Assembly: GCA_040755995.1 (NCBI GenBank)
Contig: JBFMAF010000016.1
Coordinates: 1 to 64,000 of the forward strand
Reading direction: 5' to 3'
Source: Acidobacteriota bacterium
GTDB lineage: Bacteria > Acidobacteriota > CAIWXX01
DNA length: 64,000 nt
Shown here one piece after another: positions 59,869-64,000 of the stretch (the stretch's first letter is position 1; each line of letters starts with the position of its first letter). The notes under the pieces are model-generated. The model did not search any database. It saw only the letters and a program-made list of their open reading frames with translations, and was not told where the DNA came from. A program made the translations under genes and the position numbers.

Positions 59869-60784
59869 CAGGGCTCCCTGCGGCCTCAAGAGCCGCCTGC
59901 AGCGCCTCCAGCAGCGCCTCGGGGCACTCCTGCTGGGGCACATGTCCGCACTTCGGCACCATGCGCAGCCGCACGTTGGGGAGCTCCGCCCGCATCCTCT
60001 CGGCGTACTCGATCGGCATCAGCCGATCGGAAGCACCCCAGATAATCGCAACCGGCGTCTTGATCTCAGAGAGGCGCCCGTCCAGCACGTACCGCTCCAT
60101 GTCCTGCGCCGCTGCCGCAAGCCTCGCAATCGGTCCCTCCCTGGCCAAGCGAATGACGTCATCCAGCACGAAGTCCGGAATCGGCGGGCTCGACGGATCG
60201 CGCAACGCCTGCATGAGTGTGCGAGCTTCTTCCCGATTGGCGGGCTGAAGAGTCACTGCAGAGTGCTCGCCGCGCAGCGCTCCACCGTTCACCAACAGGA
60301 CCTGTGCGACTCGTGCCGAATGCGTCTGCGCATAGAGCGTCGCGACCCATCCACCCAGAGAGTTGCCTGTCAGGGTCACAGGTTCACCTGGCGAAGCCTT
60401 GTCGAGGACCGCCTCCAGGCCGGACAAGACGACACCCACAGGCAGAGGGCCGTCCTCGGGAGCGCTCTCGCCGTGTCCGGCAAGATCGGGAATGATCAGC
60501 TTGTACTGGGAGAGGAGCGCCGGCGCAACCTTCGACCATGTGCCGGCCTGATCCCCCGCGCCGTGCAGCAGCACGGTCGGACGGCCCGAACCGCCCTCCC
60601 AGTAGACCTGCGTGCCCACCGGCGACTGCACGGCGCTCCTGGTGAGGCCGGCCTTCGCAAGCGCCTTCCGGCTCTGCCACGCGTACACTTCGAGCGGTCT
60701 CTTCCAGACGTACAGTCCACCGCCGACGGCCGCCACCAGGACCGCCGCCCCGAGTCCCAACGCCACCTTTGCCCAGACGCTCAT
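59855..60784 (-). CDS. membrane-anchored or exported alpha/beta hydrolase
   Basis: N-terminal hydrophobic helix; LLHGAG; GNSLG; GASD; GHVP. Confidence 0.88.
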   Translation of the reverse strand: MSVWAKVALGLGAAVLVAAVGGGLYVWKRPLEVYAWQSRKALAKAGLTRSAVQSPVGTQVYWEGGSGRPTVLLHGAGDQAGTWSKVAPALLSQYKLIIPDLAGHGESAPEDGPLPVGVVLSGLEAVLDKASPGEPVTLTGNSLGGWVATLYAQTHSARVAQVLLVNGGALRGEHSAVTLQPANREEARTLMQALRDPSSPPIPDFVLDDVIRLAREGPIARLAAAAQDMERYVLDGRLSEIKTPVAIIWGASDRLMPIEYAERMRAELPNVRLRMVPKCGHVPQQECPEALLEALQAALEAAGSPGAAR

Positions 60785-60821
60785 CTTACCTCCATTCAGC
60801 CGGCCCGCTCTGCCGATGCGC

Positions 60822-61829
60822 TCAGGCCACCTCACCCATCCGGAACGCCGCGGCCGCCTGGTTGTATCCGACGCCTGAGCCGACGAGCACCAGAAGCTGG
60901 CCGGGGCGCACCAGGCCGCGACGCACCGCGTCATCCAGCGCCATCGGAATGCACGCCGAGCCCGTGTATCCCCATTGCTCCATGATCGTGTGCGTTCGTT
61001 CCATGGGTAGCCGCAGATCCTGCATCACGAGCTCGATCGAAGGCTTGCGCACCTGCGTGAAGATGATGAAGTCGATGTCCGAAAGGACGAAGTCGCCATC
61101 CTGCGCGATCCGGCGCACGAGGCGCGGCCATCCCTCGTGGTTGACTTCCGGCGGGTAGCGCTGGAGCATCTTCACAGTTGTTCTTCCGGCGCTCACGGCC
61201 TCCTTCGTTGCCGGCTCATAGGTGCCTCCGGCATAGAGTCCCCAGTGGGCGTGATATGAGCCGTCGGCCTGCGATGCGGCTGCGACGAAGCCGGGTTGCT
61301 CGGACGGCTCCAGCACCACCGCGCCCGCTCCGTCTCCGTAGAAGAAGACCATCGGGTCATCCGGGTCGGCCAGCTTGTGCATCAGGTAGACCCCGATGAC
61401 CAACACAGTCCGTATCGCCCGATTGGTCGATATGATCCCTGCTCCGCAGGCCAGGGCTGTGGGGAACGAGGCGCAGGCACAGCCGATGTCGAATGTGCCG
61501 GCGTTCTTTGCCCCGAGCTTGTGCTGCAACACCACCGAGGTGGCGGGGGTGATATAGTCGGGCGAGTCGGTCCCAAGGATGATCAGGTCGACGTCGGCGG
61601 GCGATCGGCCTGCTCGACTCAGCGCCTGCTGAGCTGCCGGCAGTGCCACATCGGAGGTCGCCCAGGAGTCGGGTGCCCAGAAGCGGCTACGGATGCCGCT
61701 GGACAGCTCCATCTTGTCGACGAACTCCGGGAAGCGCGAGTTGAAACGGCTGCGCAGTTCGTCGTTGGGAACTTCACGCTCGGGCAGGTAGCGCCCCGTC
61801 GAGACGATTCTTGCATGACGCGGTGCCAT
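60822..61829 (-). CDS. KAS III (FabH-like) enzyme with non-canonical active site
   Basis: STGRYLPE; SGIRSR; FDIGCACASF with catalytic Cys; FYGDGAGAVV; IFTQV and WGYTGSA replace PHQAN and GNTSAA. Confidence 0.9.
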   Translation of the reverse strand: MAPRHARIVSTGRYLPEREVPNDELRSRFNSRFPEFVDKMELSSGIRSRFWAPDSWATSDVALPAAQQALSRAGRSPADVDLIILGTDSPDYITPATSVVLQHKLGAKNAGTFDIGCACASFPTALACGAGIISTNRAIRTVLVIGVYLMHKLADPDDPMVFFYGDGAGAVVLEPSEQPGFVAAASQADGSYHAHWGLYAGGTYEPATKEAVSAGRTTVKMLQRYPPEVNHEGWPRLVRRIAQDGDFVLSDIDFIIFTQVRKPSIELVMQDLRLPMERTHTIMEQWGYTGSACIPMALDDAVRRGLVRPGQLLVLVGSGVGYNQAAAAFRMGEVA

Positions 61830-61838
61830 GGTTTCCTC

Positions 61839-62624
61839 TCAGGTCCCCATGACCAGGCCACCGTCCACCGAGAGGACGGCTCCGTGCACGAAGGAGGCGG
61901 CGTCCGAGGCGAGCCATACGAATGCAAGGGCAATATCCTCCGGACGCCCCAGCCGGCCCATCGGCGTGTGATCGGTCATGTTCTTGAGCACCTTCTCGGG
62001 CATGGACCTCAGTATTTCGGTGGCGATGAAGCCCGGGGCCACGGCATTCACGCGGATACCATGGCGCCCGAGCTCGCGGGCCCACGTCCGAGTCATGCCG
62101 ACAACAGCAGCCTTAGTGGCGACATAGTTGGTCTGGCCGAAGTTACCGTATAGCCCCACCACAGATGAGGTGCTGAGAATTACGCCGCGCCCGGCCGCGA
62201 TCATGTGGGGCGCCACGGCTCGCGTGCAGTTGAAGACCCCCTTCAGGTTGACGCTGACGACCGCGTTGAACGCGTCGTCAGTCATCATGCCCTGGACGGC
62301 TCCGTCCTTGTACTTCACGAGCAACGCATCACGCACTATCCCGGCGTTGTTGATCATCACGTCGATCCGGCCCCACCGCCGGACAACCTCGGCCGCTGCG
62401 GCTTCCACCGCGCGCGGGTCGGTCACGTCGACTCTGGCGTAGACCGCCTCGCCGCCCGCGGCCCGCGCGGCTGCGACCAGCTCTGCGGGATCGGCCTCGC
62501 TGACATCCCAGGCGGCGACCCGCCCGCCCTCCTCGGCGAACCGCATGACGGTCGCGCGCCCGATGCCGGCGGCTGCGCCCGTCACTACGATCACTCGTTC
62601 CTTCAGCCCCGTTTCGATACTCAT
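61839..62624 (-). CDS. fabG: 3-oxoacyl-(ACP/CoA) reductase, FabG-like SDR
   Basis: TGAAAGIG; NNAGIVRD; GNFGQTNYVATK; GAGGAG RBS. Confidence 0.88.
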   Translation of the reverse strand: MSIETGLKERVIVVTGAAAGIGRATVMRFAEEGGRVAAWDVSEADPAELVAAARAAGGEAVYARVDVTDPRAVEAAAAEVVRRWGRIDVMINNAGIVRDALLVKYKDGAVQGMMTDDAFNAVVSVNLKGVFNCTRAVAPHMIAAGRGVILSTSSVVGLYGNFGQTNYVATKAAVVGMTRTWARELGRHGIRVNAVAPGFIATEILRSMPEKVLKNMTDHTPMGRLGRPEDIALAFVWLASDAASFVHGAVLSVDGGLVMGT

Positions 62625-62686
62625 CTGACCATCTCTCCTCTTGGTGCCCGTCGAGCCCGCGTACACGGGCTGTGAGGGTCGTACCC

Positions 62687-62713
62687 GTGCCCGATTGCCT
62701 GCCCGTCGGGCAC
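62687..62713 (-). terminator. intergenic stem-loop after the TonB receptor
   Basis: GTGCCCGA...TCGGGCAC 8-bp stem; no clear U tract, so the role is uncertain. Confidence 0.35.
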
Positions 62714-62740
62714 CGATACGATTGACTGGATGCGCCTGTC

Positions 62741-64000
62741 CTAAAACGTCAACTTGAATCCGAGCTGGATCTCCCTTGCCCGCAACGTCGCTGAGTAATT
62801 CCCGAAGTTCGGGTTGGGCACGTATGCAATGGTGGGATTGGTGATTGTCGGCCCGCGCAGGTACATCGCGGAGTCCACCGAATTGACGTCGTAGTTGACG
62901 TTGTTGAAGAGGTTGAACCCCTCGACGATCACGTCGATCCTCGCGCGGTCGCCAAACGAGACCGCCTTGGTGACGCGCAGGCTGAACTGCTTGAACGACG
63001 GGCCGTCCTCGGAGTTGCGCTTGACGCCCGGGGCGCGGTCCGAGTTCTTCCCGTCGCCGTTATAGTCGTAGCCCAGGCGGGGGTTCCACGGCATGCCGGA
63101 TCCGTACTCGGCGATCGGCGCCACCGTGATGGTCCACGGAAGCTGCAGAATCGCCGTGGCCACGAAGTGCCATCGTTCGTCCGAGCGAGCGCGGCCGTAT
63201 TCTGCCTCCATGTCGGCCGGATCGGAGGGGTACCCGTACGGGAACTCCGGGCTGAAGTCATCGCTGATGTTCTTCTTGTCCGCGACCGTGAGGAAGCCGG
63301 TGATCGTGTGCTTTCGAGCCACCGCGCCATTCATGCTGAACGTGACGGCCTTGTAGCTGGAGTGTCCGTCGTTAGTATAGGTGTTGATCTGGTCGTACGA
63401 GGTGTTGGGACGCGTATGGGTGGCGTTGCCGCTCCAGTTCTTGTCGCGTATCACGATCTCCTTCTCACCCTTGACGTAGACGGCCTCGGTGTCGAAGTAG
63501 AGACCGGTGTCACCGAGCTTGGCCGTCCACCCCAGGCTGAACTGATCGGCCTCGGGGGCGTCGAACGTGTTGTCCAGGAGAGTGATCTGCGGTTTCAGCA
63601 GGTAGCCGGTCGTGGTCGGATTGTTCGGATCGAGGATGAAGTACGGCGGGATGTTGACTCGCGTGAAGATGCGGCGCCCTGTCACGCCGTTCTGCTGCAG
63701 CTCGGTGAAGGCCGGAACCAGCAGGTAGCGGCCCGCGTAACGGCCGTAGCCGCCGCGCACGACCTGGGACCCGTCCGCGCGGATGTCCCACGAGAACCCG
63801 ACGCGAGGCTGGATGTTGTTCTTGTCACGCTTGCGCCCGTCCGGCACCAGCGGATGCGTAAAGTCTGGATTGTTGCCCCCGGTGTCGAGGTCGTAGCGGA
63901 GGCCGAGGCTGAGCGTGAGGTTCGGCTTGATGTGCCAGTCGTCCTGGAAGAAGGTTCCGAACAGAGTGGTGGGCTTTTCGACCTCGCTCGACCCGATCCC
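62741..64000 (-). CDS. TonB-dependent receptor (Oar-like), C-terminal part; starts beyond the window
   Basis: FFQDDW...LTLSLGLRYD; DKNNIQPRVGFSWD; VRGGYGRY; FNLFN; C-terminal REIQLGFKLTF. Confidence 0.92.
   Translation of the reverse strand, partial: GIGSSEVEKPTTLFGTFFQDDWHIKPNLTLSLGLRYDLDTGGNNPDFTHPLVPDGRKRDKNNIQPRVGFSWDIRADGSQVVRGGYGRYAGRYLLVPAFTELQQNGVTGRRIFTRVNIPPYFILDPNNPTTTGYLLKPQITLLDNTFDAPEADQFSLGWTAKLGDTGLYFDTEAVYVKGEKEIVIRDKNWSGNATHTRPNTSYDQINTYTNDGHSSYKAVTFSMNGAVARKHTITGFLTVADKKNISDDFSPEFPYGYPSDPADMEAEYGRARSDERWHFVATAILQLPWTITVAPIAEYGSGMPWNPRLGYDYNGDGKNSDRAPGVKRNSEDGPSFKQFSLRVTKAVSFGDRARIDVIVEGFNLFNNVNYDVNSVDSAMYLRGPTITNPTIAYVPNPNFGNYSATLRAREIQLGFKLTF

Overview
GC-rich bacterial DNA; the gene repertoire (Oar-like TonB receptor, PEGA/TPR proteins, PDZ-S41 protease) suggests an Acidobacteriota-like diderm, which is inference. 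(1) 1-19.3 kb is an Rhs polymorphic-toxin array with four Rhs-core/toxin/putative-immunity units. The Rhs core is interrupted by about seven Ig-like repeats plus an acidic Pro/Gly linker. All four tips look like metallo(iso)peptidases (three HExxH, one JAB/MPN) and all four downstream partners look exported. The array also holds a colinear, deletion-collapsed relic of the same locus, a DUF433/DUF5615 TA pair and a PDZ-S41 protease. (2) 19.4-25.6 kb has secreted glycan/phosphoesterase genes, a probable stranded integron cassette and gene debris. (3) 25.7-35.6 kb has an RRM protein, a TolC-MFP-RND pump, an orphan RHH antitoxin and a DUF4091 glycosidase. (4) 35.8-46.7 kb has an SBP-OmpA/ABC/coiled-coil operon, a VIT1-rubrerythrin protein and a TPR-NHL/PEGA-PDZ/cNMP-FHA operon. 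(5) 46.8-55.3 kb has two secreted proteins sharing a basic PKD-CARDB tail, flanking a TPR-CHAT protease. (6) 55.7-64 kb is a TetR-associated acyl-metabolism cluster with a KAS III that lacks its His/Asn catalytic residues, downstream of a TonB-dependent receptor. No rRNA, tRNA, CRISPR array, integrase or transposase was recognised. All calls come from reading motifs by eye; no database searches were run.
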